Source: an uncultured Chloroflexia bacterium
Lineage (GTDB): Bacteria > Chloroflexota > Limnocylindria > Limnocylindrales > CSP1-4
Direction of reading: 5' to 3'
Assembly: GCA_963736545.1 (NCBI GenBank)
Contig: CAVTPA010000001.1
Coordinates: 833,660-897,659 of the forward strand
Length of the DNA: 64,000 nucleotides
Numbering within the stretch: the stretch's first letter is position 1; every line of letters begins with the position of its first letter. Shown here piece by piece: positions 1 to 9,351 of the stretch. The notes under the pieces are model-generated. The model searched no databases and had not been told where the DNA came from. It saw nothing but the letters and a program-made list of their open reading frames with translations. Made by a program: the position numbers and the translations under genes.

Positions 1-681
1 CCGATCGGGCTGGCCCGGAGGCCGGCCCGGACGCGCTCCCGGTACTCCTCCTCCGTCTCGACGATCCCGCCGCCGGTCCCGCCGAGCGTGAACGCCGGCC
101 GGACGATCGCCGGCAGGCCGATCGCCGCCAGGGCCGCGTCGGCGCTGGCGGACCGGGCCTGCTCCGTCGCGCCCTCGACGATCGCGGACGGCGCGTACGG
201 CTGGCCGAGCCGGTCGAGGAGGTCGCGGAACGTCTCGCGGTCCTCGGCCATCTCGATCGCCTCGAGCGGCGTCCCGAGCAGCCTGACGTCGTAGCGCTGC
301 CAACACGCCAGCCTGCGACAACGCCATCGCGAGGTTGAGCGCCGTCTGGCCGCCGAGCCCGGCGAGGAGGCCCTCGGGACGCTCGCGGGCGATGACCGCC
401 TCGATCGCCTCGACGGTCAGCGGCTCGAGGTAGACGACGTCGGCGACGGTCGGGTCGGTCATGATCGTCGCCGGGTTGGAGTTGACGAGGATCGTCCGGA
501 CGCCCTCGGCGCGGAGCGCGCGGCAGGCCTGCGTCCCGGCGTAGTCGAACTCGGCCGCCTGGCCGATGACGACCGGCCCCGAGCCGATGATGAGGACGGA
601 GGCGGGCTTCGCCTGCGTGGCCGTGGCCGCGGGGTTGCTCGCCGACGCGGCGCTCGTGGCCGCGGCTCGCGCGGCGCTCAC
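1..681 (-). CDS. carB: Carbamoyl-phosphate synthase large subunit, N-terminal part only (gene runs off the window start); one frame break near 297-303
   Basis: Manual reverse translation gives [53 protein letters not shown]...[14 protein letters not shown]. After a 1-nt shift it continues [23 protein letters not shown]. The GTG start overlaps the carA stop (GTGA, 678-681). Confidence 0.85.
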   Translation of the reverse strand, partial: MSAARAAATSAASASNPAATATQAKPASVLIIGSGPVVIGQAAEFDYAGTQACRALRAEGVRTILVNSNPATIMTDPTVADVVYLEPLTVEAIEAVIARERPEGLLAGLGGQTALNLAMALSQAGVLAALRRQAARDAARGDRDGRGPRDVPRPPRPARPAVRAVRDRRGRDGAGPVRQRRRGPGGDRPAGDRPAGVHARRDRRRDRRDGGGVPGARPGRPPGQPDR

Positions 682-1906
682 ACCCGACCCTCGGCGCGCT
701 GCCCGGCTCGCTCGCGGGTCGCGGCCACGAACCGGTCGAAGACGGCGAGGGCGTCGAGCGGGCCGGGCGCGCCCTCGGGGTGGTACTGGACCGTCTCGAT
801 CGGCAGGTCGCGGTGGCGCAGCCCCTCGACCGAGCCGTCGTTGAGGTTGACCTGGCTCACCGCGAACCCGCTCTCCGGCGGGAGCGTCGCCGCGACGACC
901 TGTGACCTCGTGGTTCTGGGCCGTCACCTGGACGTAGCCGGTCGCCGTGTCCCGGACCGGGTGGTTCGCCCCGTGGTGGCCGAACCGAAGCCGGCGCGTC
1001 TCCGCGCCGGCGGCCCGCGCCGACGATCTGGTGGCCGAGGCAGATCCCGAGGAGCGGGCGGCCGTCGTCGACGATCGCCCGGGCCAGCGCGACGGGGCCG
1101 TCGAGACGGGCCGGGTCGCCCGGCCCCGGCGAGAGGACGACGCCGGCGACGTCCGGGGCGAAGGACCTCGGCCGCGGTCGACGTGTGCGGGAGCACGCGG
1201 ACCCGGACGCCGCGCCGCCGGAGGCCGGCGCACGATGTTCGCCTTGAGCCCGAAGTCGACGATCGCGACGAGCGGAGCATCTGGCCCGGTCGCCGGGTCC
1301 GCCGACCTCGAACGCGATCGCCGGCGAGACCTGCCCGACGAAGTCCTGGTCCTCCCAGCGCGGCACGGCCCGGGCGCGGGCGCGCGCGTCGTCGAGGTCC
1401 AACTCGCCGGGTGCGGTGACGATCCCGCGCAGGCAGCCGTGCGTTCGGAGGTGGCGGGCGAGGGCGCGCGTGTCGACGCCGGCGATCGCCGGGATCCCCT
1501 CGGTCCGGAGCAGCGCTGCCAGCTGGCGCCGCCTGCTCGACGACGGCCGCCGTGGCCGTCGCGACGACGAGGGCCCGCAGCCACGGCCGTTCCGACTGGT
1601 CGTCGTCGCGGATGCGGCCGTAGTTGCCGATGAGCGGGTAGGTCATCACGACGACCTGGCCGGCGTACGAGGGGTCGGTGCAGACCTCCTGGTAGCCGGT
1701 CTGGCTCGTGTTGACGACGAGGTCGCCCCCGGCCGCGGCATCGGCGCGCCGAACGCGATCCCCGGGAAGACGCGTGCCGTCCTCGAGCGCCAGGAGGGCC
1801 GGGCCGCGGCGCCGACCCGCGGGTCGACGATGAGGTCGGCGTCGGGGAACGGCGGCAGCCCGGGACGGCCGGCCCGCCCGGCCATGCGTGGCACGAGCTC
1901 GCTCAT
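678..1906 (-). pseudogene. carA: Carbamoyl-phosphate synthase small subunit; homology is readable only by switching frame at least six times
   Basis: CarA segments are split over ORF 924..1931 ([34 protein letters not shown]), ORF 857..1402 ([28 protein letters not shown]) and ORF 678..860 ([11 protein letters not shown]). Manual translation places breaks near 1530, 1278, 1222, 1158, 1016 and 902. All six shift the frame in the same direction. The start (ATG 1906) is uncertain. Confidence 0.8.
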
Positions 1907-1971
1907 CCGGGTCCGGACATGAAAACGCCACCGACCCACGGGGCGCGGTGGACGATGACGGACAGGCGCAC

Positions 1972-2052
1972 GACCAGCCTCCCTTCCGGCCTCACGGGAC
2001 CGGTACGCCGGCCTCACGGGACCGGCCTCAAAGGACGGGCGAAGGGTAGCAC
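1972..2052 (-). promoter_or_regulatory. Candidate carA leader: extended -10-like TGCTACCCT, two tandem 18-nt repeats and a strong SD
   Basis: On the minus strand: TGCTACCCT (2043-2051), CCGGTCCCGTGAGGCCGG twice (plus coordinates 1986-2003 and 2008-2025, period 22) and GGGAGG (1978-1983). The SD lies 6 nt before a GTG that opens a 22-codon ORF. Confidence 0.3.
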
Positions 2053-2113
2053 GCGCTCGCGCGACGGCGCGGGGCGAGCTGCGGCTGCGGCCCCGTCGGC
2101 TGGCGCCGGTCGC

Positions 2114-3913
2114 CTACTTGAGGATGCTGTTGCTCCAGACCTGGTCGAGCACGAACTTGCCGTCCGTCGCGGGGTTCGTCAGGTTCGCCTGCGCCTGGTT
2201 CAGCATGATGAAGGGGTGGAGGCGCGCCTGGGCGAGCTGCGTGCCCACGAACGTCAGCTCGACGACCACCGCCTCCTGCGTCTGGCGGCTCCAGTCCTGG
2301 CCGAACAGGAAGTTGCCGTGGCTGCCCACGGCAACGCGGTAGCCGCCGCCGCCGCTCGTGAGCGAGATGGGCCCGGCCCAGTGGGTCCCGTGGCCGACGA
2401 CGTGGTCCGCGCCGGCGTCCCAGAACAGCCGCATCTGCTCCTTCTGGCGCTTCGTGAAGTCGGCGTGGTACTCCGGCCAGCCCCACTGCGGCACCACGAT
2501 GACGACGTCGGCGACCTTGCGCGCCGCGGCGACGCCGGCACGGACGTTCTCCTCGTTGAGGTAGGCGACGCCGGGCTTCGACGCCGACGCCTCGGCCGAG
2601 CCCGGGATCTCGTTGAAGCCGACAAACGCGAACCGGACGCCGCGGACGTCGATCACGGCCGGCTTGAGGGCCTTCGCCAGGTTCATGCCGGCCCCGAACC
2701 GGGCGATTCCGTTCTCGTCGAAGAGGCGGAGTGTCTCGCGCAGCGCCTTCGTCCCCTGGTCGGTCATGTGGTTCGAGGCCAGCGTGACGACGTCGACGCC
2801 GGCGCCGGCCAGCAGCTGCGCGACCTGCGGGTCGATCGAGAAGATCGTTCCGTTGTCGTGCTGGACGAAGCTCTTCGTCATCGGGCACTCGAAGTCGTTC
2901 AGGGTGATCTCCGCGTCGGAGATCAGGGTGCGGACCGCGCCCTGGTTGCCGCTCCGCTTCGCGACGACGACCGGCCAGCCGTTGCCGTCGAGGCCGTCGA
3001 AGCGGCGGTCGACATTGATCCCGACGTACTCGGCCGTGCCTCCGTCGAGGACCCAGTCCCAGCCCTTGCCCAGCGTGTTGGCCTGGTGGCTGACGCCGCG
3101 GTCCGGGCAGGTGTCACCGGTCGAGATAAGCGTCCGCACCTCGGCCGGGTCGAACGCGGTCCACGCCGCCGGCGCCGCGCCCGCGACGCCCGTCAGCGGG
3201 TAGGCCTTCTCGCGGATCGACGGCGCGCCGAACAGGTCGGCCCCGCCGACGCGGAGGACCTTCACCCGGGGCGTGACGAGGCCGGCCGGCAGCAGGCCGT
3301 AGCGCGGCTCCTTCGCGCGCACCGCGTCGGGGATCGCGGCCGCGTCCACGCACGTCTCCCCGTCAAGGTCGAGCGGGTCGTCGCCGAGCATCGCCTCGTC
3401 AAGACCGCAGGGGATCGCCACGCGTCCCGCGGCGACGGCCTTGGCCAGCGCGTCGAGGGTGAGACCGACGCGCGGCTCGCGGACGTCCGCGACGAGCGCC
3501 AGGCGCAGCTCCGCCGGCGCGGCCGGCGCCGACGGGGATGCGGAGGCGGGCGGCGACTCCCCAGGAGCGGCCGTGCCGCCCGGAGCCGGCGACGTCGAGG
3601 CCCCGGCAACCGGCCCACCCGAGGCGCCGGGGGAGGCCGCCGGATCGGGTGACGCGCCGGGCGACCCGGAAGCGAAGACCGCCGCGCCCACGAGCAGGGC
3701 GACGCCGGCGACCGCGAACAGCCCGACGAGGACGGTCGACCCGGGGATCGGCGTGCGCGGAGGGCCCGGCGGCCGGCCCGACGGCGGTCGCGAGGAGGAC
3801 CCCCGTCCAGCCTTCTCGGCGCCGGCGCCGGCGCCGCGGGTCGACGGGGAGCCCGCGAGCGGGCGGGCCATCGGGGGGCGGCGGGGCGGCTGGCGTGGCG
3901 GCATCGCGGGCAT
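2114..3913 (-). CDS. CapA/PGA_cap-family metallophosphatase-like membrane-anchored protein
   Basis: 599-aa ORF. It has a Pro/Arg-rich N-terminus, one TM helix (STVLVGLFAVAGVALLVGAAVF) and a Pro/Ala/Ser linker. CapA-like motifs follow: VVTLASNHMTDQG, VIVVPQWGWPEYH, DHVVGHGTHW. Confidence 0.8.
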   Translation of the reverse strand: MPAMPPRQPPRRPPMARPLAGSPSTRGAGAGAEKAGRGSSSRPPSGRPPGPPRTPIPGSTVLVGLFAVAGVALLVGAAVFASGSPGASPDPAASPGASGGPVAGASTSPAPGGTAAPGESPPASASPSAPAAPAELRLALVADVREPRVGLTLDALAKAVAAGRVAIPCGLDEAMLGDDPLDLDGETCVDAAAIPDAVRAKEPRYGLLPAGLVTPRVKVLRVGGADLFGAPSIREKAYPLTGVAGAAPAAWTAFDPAEVRTLISTGDTCPDRGVSHQANTLGKGWDWVLDGGTAEYVGINVDRRFDGLDGNGWPVVVAKRSGNQGAVRTLISDAEITLNDFECPMTKSFVQHDNGTIFSIDPQVAQLLAGAGVDVVTLASNHMTDQGTKALRETLRLFDENGIARFGAGMNLAKALKPAVIDVRGVRFAFVGFNEIPGSAEASASKPGVAYLNEENVRAGVAAARKVADVVIVVPQWGWPEYHADFTKRQKEQMRLFWDAGADHVVGHGTHWAGPISLTSGGGGYRVAVGSHGNFLFGQDWSRQTQEAVVVELTFVGTQLAQARLHPFIMLNQAQANLTNPATDGKFVLDQVWSNSILK

Positions 3914-4004
3914 TGTGCCGCAGGCGGTGCCGACGCGCCCCGCGCTTCCGGGCGACGAGGCCGTGGGGCGGGCTCGGGCGACCGGGCCGTCCCGGCCGCG
4001 TCGG

Positions 4005-4466
4005 TCAGTCGCCGACCTTGTACGGGTAGGTCACCCAGCCGTGCGCCAGCGCCGCGTGGAAGTCCGGCTCGAGCGCGACGCGCGATCTGCCGGGCTTGTA
4101 GTGGATCACCGCGGTCTTCGGCCGGCCCCCGGCGGCGTGAACGCGCTCCACGACCGCGGCCATCGTCTCGCCGGTCTCCCAGACCTCGTCGACCACGAGG
4201 ACGCGCTTGTCGCGGAGCAGCTCCGCGTCCGGGAAGTGCCCGAAGATCGGCGCGTCGTGCGTCCCGCCACCGCTCGTGTAGAACTCCACCCCGGCGACGA
4301 GGATCTCCCGCAGGTCGAGGCGGTAGGCGAGGATCCCGGCCGGGACGAGGCCGCCGCGGGTGATGGCGAGGACGAGGTCGTAGTCGTCGCCGACCTGCTC
4401 GGCCAGCTCCCCGACGAGCCGGTGGAGCTCGTCCCACGACACGGTGAGCGGTTCGGTCGTCAGCAT
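4005..4466 (-). CDS. Phosphoribosyltransferase (purine PRT-like)
   Basis: 153-aa ORF with the PRPP-binding motif KRVLVVDEVWETGETM and LVLAITRGGLVPA. Confidence 0.8.
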   Translation of the reverse strand: MLTTEPLTVSWDELHRLVGELAEQVGDDYDLVLAITRGGLVPAGILAYRLDLREILVAGVEFYTSGGGTHDAPIFGHFPDAELLRDKRVLVVDEVWETGETMAAVVERVHAAGGRPKTAVIHYKPGRSRVALEPDFHAALAHGWVTYPYKVGD

Positions 4467-4541
4467 CGGGCTCCTCGGCGGGACCTGCTCGCGGCGGGGC
4501 GTCGCGGGGCCGTCATTGTGGCCGATCCGGTCGGCGCCGCG

Positions 4542-5312
4542 TCAGCCCGGGAGCAGCGTCACCGGGTCGCCGACGGCCGCAGCCCCGGGCTCCACGACGT
4601 CGCCGTAGACGCCGAAGTCGAGCGTGCGCGCCGCGCTCCGACCGCGGTAGCCGTCGATGATCTTCAGCGTCTCGACATCGCGGCCGCCCGTGTCCGGGTC
4701 GCGCTGGGTGACGTCGCAGCGCGGGATGGGACCGCCCACGCGCACGACCGACCCGCCGACTTGAAGGAGCCGGCCATCCCAGCCGTCCTCCTCGTGCGCC
4801 TCCACGCCGTCGATCTCGAGGAGGATCCGGAAGCGCCGGGCATCGACATCCTCGAGCCCCGCGCGGCTCGCGAGCTCGCGGACCGAGGCGCTCGACACGA
4901 GGGTGACCGGCCGGTCGTCGACCCCGCCCCCGTCGTGGGTGGCGCGAACCAGCCGCACCGGCTCCCCGATGCGGGCCGACAGCGCTGCGTTCCAGTCGCC
5001 TTCCATGAGGCGACCCTGCGTCGGCCGACCCCAGAAGTCGACGGTGACCTGGTCGCCGGCGGCGTCGGCGGGCCCGTCGATCGCCGGCCCGTCCGGGAAG
5101 CGGATCGCGAGGCGCTCGCGTTCGGCGTCGTACGTCGCCGCGATGCGGAACAGCACCGGGTGCCGCGGGGCTCCGAGCAGGCGGCCGCGTGCGTCGACCA
5201 GGAAGAAGCGCCGGTTCTCGGCGACGCCGTTCGGGCCCAGGTGAACGCGATCGGGGTGCTGCAGGGCCGTCGACTTCAGCGCCGTGGTCGAGATGCGGAC
5301 GAGCGTCGGCAT
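4542..5312 (-). CDS. MOSC domain-containing protein
   Basis: 256-aa ORF. It carries the MOSC-type conserved Cys context VGGPIPRCDVTQRDPDTG. Confidence 0.75.
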   Translation of the reverse strand: MPTLVRISTTALKSTALQHPDRVHLGPNGVAENRRFFLVDARGRLLGAPRHPVLFRIAATYDAERERLAIRFPDGPAIDGPADAAGDQVTVDFWGRPTQGRLMEGDWNAALSARIGEPVRLVRATHDGGGVDDRPVTLVSSASVRELASRAGLEDVDARRFRILLEIDGVEAHEEDGWDGRLLQVGGSVVRVGGPIPRCDVTQRDPDTGGRDVETLKIIDGYRGRSAARTLDFGVYGDVVEPGAAAVGDPVTLLPG

Positions 5313-5366
5313 CGGCGCACTGTAGCGCCCGGACCCGGCCGGTGCCGGCCCGGCGGCCGAGCGCCG

Positions 5367-5909
5367 TCAGGGGTTCGGCGAGGGGGCTGCGAGGGGTTCG
5401 ACGGCCTCGAACGTCATCGTGCTCGGCGCGGCGAGCGTGATGGTCAGCTGCGACCCCGTGATCCAGTAGCGGGTCGCCGAACCGAGCTGCGTGAGGAACT
5501 CCTCGGACAGCGACCCGGCGCCGCACGCCGCCAGCGTCGCAGGACCCGGCTCCAGGACCAGGCTGTTCGTGGAGCCGCCCGCCCGCCCGGCCGCAACCAC
5601 GGCGTACGTGCCGGACACCTGGTTGCAGTCGGCGGTCGCCTCGAAGGTGAGGTCGCGGGTGAACCGGATCGTGTAGGCGCCGGGATCCGGCACCTCGAGC
5701 GGCGTCGCGTCGCGGCCGATCGTCGAGCCGGTCCACTGCCACGTCGTGCTCGTGAGGCCGAGTCGCGGCGGCAGGCCGCCCGAGATCGCCACGGCGGCCA
5801 CGGCGATGGCGGTCATGAGCACGGCCGCGACGAACATGCCGATGAGCTGCTGGACCACCGGCGACGGTGATCTGCGCCGGGTGCCGGGAGCCTCTTGGAG
5901 TGCCATCAC
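5367..5909 (-). CDS. Membrane-anchored META (HslJ-like) domain protein
   Basis: 180-aa ORF. N-terminal TM helix LIGMFVAAVLMTAIAVAAVAI, then a META-like segment TFEATADCNQVSGTY...LAACG. Confidence 0.65.
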   Translation of the reverse strand: MMALQEAPGTRRRSPSPVVQQLIGMFVAAVLMTAIAVAAVAISGGLPPRLGLTSTTWQWTGSTIGRDATPLEVPDPGAYTIRFTRDLTFEATADCNQVSGTYAVVAAGRAGGSTNSLVLEPGPATLAACGAGSLSEEFLTQLGSATRYWITGSQLTITLAAPSTMTFEAVEPLAAPSPNP

Positions 5910-6003
5910 CTTGTCCTTCGCCGTTCAGCGGTCACCGGATCTCGACCGGCCAGCGGGACATGACGCCAGCAGCCCCCTGCGCCCGACCGTCCCGGACGCG
6001 AAG

Positions 6004-6029
6004 CGACCCCCGGATGGGACCGGGGGTCG
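6004..6029 (-). terminator. Hairpin downstream of tRNA-Lys
   Basis: Perfect 10-bp stem CGACCCCCGG / CCGGGGGTCG with a 6-nt loop, 15 nt past the tRNA 3' end. The trailing T-tract is poor (CTT). Confidence 0.35.
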
Positions 6030-6044
6030 TCGTGCCTGCAGAGC

Positions 6045-6119
6045 TGGTGAGCCGGGGGAGATTCGAACTCCCAACCTAGTGATTAAGAGTCACTTGCTCT
6101 GCCGTTGAGCTACCGGCCC
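6045..6119 (-). tRNA. tRNA-Lys (anticodon CTT), CCA encoded
   Basis: Hand-folded cloverleaf: acceptor GGGCCGG/CCGGCTC (one G-U), D arm GCTC..GAGC, anticodon stem AGTGA/TCACT with loop CTCTTAA, T arm GGGAG-TTCGAAT-CTCCC, discriminator A plus CCA. 75 nt. Confidence 0.9.
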
Positions 6120-6184
6120 GCCGGAAGTCTAGCGCGAGAGGATCGGGCGCGTCAGGCAGGGCTCGGAGAGCGGGCCGCGGCCGG

Positions 6185-6233
6185 CCGGGCGCCGGCACAG
6201 CCGGGCGCCGGCACAGCCGGGCGCGGGCGACAG
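6185..6233. repeat. 16-nt tandem repeat, two perfect copies plus one degenerate
   Basis: CCGGGCGCCGGCACAG at 6185-6200 and 6201-6216, then CCGGGCGCGGGCGACAG. It lies between the lipoprotein stop and the tRNA-Lys 5' side. Confidence 0.7.
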
Positions 6234-6235
6234 GC

Positions 6236-6967
6236 CTACGGCGCGAGGTCGATGCCCGCGACCATCTCCTCGACGGCCGCCTCGCGTGCCGGGTCGTTCG
6301 CCGGCAGCGTGAAGGAGAGGATGAGGAGGCCGTCGGCCGTCGGGATCGCGTACTGGATCCCCTGCGCCCGGGCGTCGGCGCCCTCGCCGAGACCGAGGTA
6401 GGCGGCCCGGATGGCCGGCCCGACCGCGAGCTCGACCACCTCGACATCGATTCCGTTCACGCCCGGAACGGCAGCGAGCTCGCTCTCGATCGTGCTCACG
6501 AGCTCGTCGAAGCCGGGGATCTCGGTCCCGTCGCGGACGATGAGGTTGACGTTCGGGGTGACGGCGCCGGGCTCGCTCGATCCGTCGATCGCCCAGCCGG
6601 CAAGGCCGGCCGCGAGGAGCGGCTCGAGCCCGCCCTCGACGACGCCCCGCAGCTGCGAGTCGGCGGGCAGCAGCGCGAGGACGTCGTCCGCCGTGCCGTC
6701 GAGCGGGAGGGAGAGCCAGCCCGCGGCGAGGGGCATCGCGAAGCCCGCGGCGCCGGCGGTCATCACGGCGTCCCCTGCGCCCGGCTTGGAAGTCGGCGCC
6801 TCGGTGGCCGTCGGCGACGCTGTCGCCGGGGCCTCGGTCGGCGCCGGCGAGTCCGTGGCCGCGGCCGGCGTGGACGTCTGGGCGGGCGCGTTCGTGGCCG
6901 CTCCGCCGCAGGCGACGACGAGGACGGCCGCGGCGAACAACGGCAGGGGACGCAAGGCGCGATGCAT
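6236..6967 (-). CDS. Lipoprotein of unknown function
   Basis: 243-aa ORF with a signal peptide and lipobox (LFAAAVLVVAC-GG). A Thr/Pro/Ala-rich linker and a globular C-terminal part follow. Confidence 0.7.
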   Translation of the reverse strand: MHRALRPLPLFAAAVLVVACGGAATNAPAQTSTPAAATDSPAPTEAPATASPTATEAPTSKPGAGDAVMTAGAAGFAMPLAAGWLSLPLDGTADDVLALLPADSQLRGVVEGGLEPLLAAGLAGWAIDGSSEPGAVTPNVNLIVRDGTEIPGFDELVSTIESELAAVPGVNGIDVEVVELAVGPAIRAAYLGLGEGADARAQGIQYAIPTADGLLILSFTLPANDPAREAAVEEMVAGIDLAP

Positions 6968-7142
6968 GGGCAGGAAGCCTCCAGGGGTGTGATGTCGCGG
7001 ACATCATCGGCGATCGGCCGCCGGCGGCCATCGGCCGATGGTCCCACCAGGGCGGAGTGCCTGCTCGCCGCCGTCGGCTCGCTGCCGCGACGGCCGTGTT
7101 GCCGGCCACGGGCGCCGGCATCGTCTCCGGGCTCGGAATCCG

Positions 7143-8378
7143 TCAGACGCGCTCGAGGGCCATCGCGACGGACCCGCCGCCGCCGAGGCAGAGCGTGGCC
7201 AGGCCGTAGCGCCCTTCGCGGCGACGAAGCTCGTGGAGGAGCGTCGCCACGATCCGCGCGCCGGACGCCCCGATCGGGTGGCCCAGGGCGATCGCGCCGC
7301 CGTTGACGTTGACCCGCGACCAGTCGAGCCCGAGGGCCCGGCCGTCGGCGAGGACCTGGGCCGCGAACGCCTCGTTGAGCTCGACGAGGTCGAACGCCTC
7401 GGCGGCCAGGCCGGTCCGGGCCTCGAGCCGTCGCACGCCCTCGACGGGGGCGAGGAACAGCCACTTCGGGGCGACCTCGGCCTGGGCATAGCCGACGATC
7501 CGGGCGAGCGGCGCCAGGCCGAGCCGCTCCACGGCGCGCTCGGAGGCGACCAGCGTGGCGGCTGCCCCATCGGTGATGCCGGGGGCGTTGCCGGCCGTCA
7601 CGGTCCCCTCCTCCGCGTCGCGACGGTCGCCGGCCGGCGGGAGCGGGAATACCGGCCGCAGCCGGGCCAGCGCGTCGAGGTTCGTGTCGCGCCGGGGACC
7701 CTCGTCGGCGTCGACGACCGTCTCGCGGCCCTTCGCGTCGCGGACGGAGACGGGGGCCATCTCGGCGGCGAACCGCCCGGCGTCCTGCGCCGCGACGGCC
7801 CGGCGATGGCTCTCCAGGGCGAAGGCGTCCTGGTCGGCCCGGCTCACCTGCTCGCGGATCGCGACGCGCTCCGCGTGGGTGCCCATGTGACAGCCCTCGA
7901 GGGAACACCAGAGGCCGTCCGCGACGGTCGAGTCCACGAGCTCGCCGTTCCCGAGCCGGTAGCCGAAACGGGCGCCCGGGAGGAGGTACGGGGCCCGGTT
8001 CATGCTCTCCATGCCGCCCGCCACCACGAGCTCGGCGTCCCCGGCCCGGATCTGCGCGGCCGCGAGCATGATCGCCTTGAGCCCGGAGCCGCAGACCCGG
8101 TTGATCGTCGTCGCCGGGGTTGCGTCGCGAAGCCCCGCGCCGAGCGCCGCCTGGCGCGCGGGAGCCTGCCCCGCGCCGGCCTGCAGCACCTGGCCCATGA
8201 GGACGTCGTCGATCTCCGCGGTCGCGGGATCGAGCCCCGCCCGCTCCACGGCCGCGCGGATGGCGACCGCTCCGAGCTCCGTCGCCGGGACGCCGGCCAA
8301 CGCACCGCCGAACCTCCCGATCGGCGTCCGCGCGGCGGAGACGACGTAGACGTTGCCGCTGGGGCCCGGGTCAGTCAT
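7143..8378 (-). CDS. Acetyl-CoA C-acetyltransferase (thiolase II)
   Basis: 411-aa intact ORF. Active-site Cys context NRVCGSGLKAI and C-terminal GLATLCLGGGGSVAM. Confidence 0.93.
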   Translation of the reverse strand: MTDPGPSGNVYVVSAARTPIGRFGGALAGVPATELGAVAIRAAVERAGLDPATAEIDDVLMGQVLQAGAGQAPARQAALGAGLRDATPATTINRVCGSGLKAIMLAAAQIRAGDAELVVAGGMESMNRAPYLLPGARFGYRLGNGELVDSTVADGLWCSLEGCHMGTHAERVAIREQVSRADQDAFALESHRRAVAAQDAGRFAAEMAPVSVRDAKGRETVVDADEGPRRDTNLDALARLRPVFPLPPAGDRRDAEEGTVTAGNAPGITDGAAATLVASERAVERLGLAPLARIVGYAQAEVAPKWLFLAPVEGVRRLEARTGLAAEAFDLVELNEAFAAQVLADGRALGLDWSRVNVNGGAIALGHPIGASGARIVATLLHELRRREGRYGLATLCLGGGGSVAMALERV

Positions 8379-8396
8379 CGGCGGAGCCTCCGTCCG

Positions 8397-9260
8397 TCAG
8401 CCGCGGGGGTAGTCGAAGAAGCCGGCGCCCGACTTCTGGCCGAGCTTGCCGGCCTTCACGAGATCCTCGAGGACGCCCGGCGGACGGAATCGCTCGTCAC
8501 CGAGGTCGGCGTGGAGGACGCCCATGATCCCGAGGACCACGTCAAGGCCGATGAAGTCGGCCAGCGCGAGCGGGCCCATCGGGTGGTTGAGGCCGACCCG
8601 CGCGCCCGTGTCGATGTCCTCCGCCGTCCCGATCCCCTCCTCGAGCGCCCGCATCGCCTCGGCGAGGAGCGGCATGAGGATCCGGTTGACGATGAAGCCC
8701 GGCCGGTCGGCCGAGACGATGACCTGCTTGCCGAGGTCGGCGGCGAGCGCCCGGACGGCGTCGACCGTCGCCTCGTCCGTCGCGCTGCCCCGGATCAGCT
8801 CGACGAGCGGCATGACCGGCACGGGGCTGAAGAAGTGCACCCCGCAGAAGGACGGCCGGCGCGATGCGGCCAGCGCCTCCGCGAGGCGGTCGATCGAGAT
8901 GGAGCTCGTGTTCGTGGCGAAGACCGCCCGGCCCGGGGCGACCGCGTCGAGACCCGCCCACAGCTCGCGCTTCACGGCCTCGTCCTCGAAGACGGCCTCG
9001 ACGACGAGGTCGGCCTCGGCGGCCGCCGCGAGGTTGTCGGTGGCGGCGACCCGGTCGAGGATCTCGACGCGGGCGGTCGGATCCAGGCGCCCCTTCGCCA
9101 CGGCCCGGTCGAGGTTGGCGGCGATCCGCTCGCGGCCGGCGGTCGCCCGGGCGAGGTCGGGCTCGTAGAGATCGACCGTCCGGCCGGCGGCGGCGAGGAC
9201 CTGGGCGATGCCGTGCCCCATGAGCCCGGCACCGGCGACGAAGGCGCGCTCGATCGGCAT
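8397..9260 (-). CDS. hbd: 3-hydroxybutyryl-CoA dehydrogenase
   Basis: 287-aa ORF. N-terminal Rossmann motif VAGAGLMGHGIAQV and 3HCDH-type C-terminal domain (GFIVNRILMP). Confidence 0.9.
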   Translation of the reverse strand: MPIERAFVAGAGLMGHGIAQVLAAAGRTVDLYEPDLARATAGRERIAANLDRAVAKGRLDPTARVEILDRVAATDNLAAAAEADLVVEAVFEDEAVKRELWAGLDAVAPGRAVFATNTSSISIDRLAEALAASRRPSFCGVHFFSPVPVMPLVELIRGSATDEATVDAVRALAADLGKQVIVSADRPGFIVNRILMPLLAEAMRALEEGIGTAEDIDTGARVGLNHPMGPLALADFIGLDVVLGIMGVLHADLGDERFRPPGVLEDLVKAGKLGQKSGAGFFDYPRG

Positions 9261-9351
9261 GCCCGGCAGGGTACCGCGGCCTCGCCGCGGCGTCAGCCCC
9301 CCGGCGGCCGCGCGGTGTCCCGCCCGCGCGGCCTGCCGGCGCGTTCGATCG

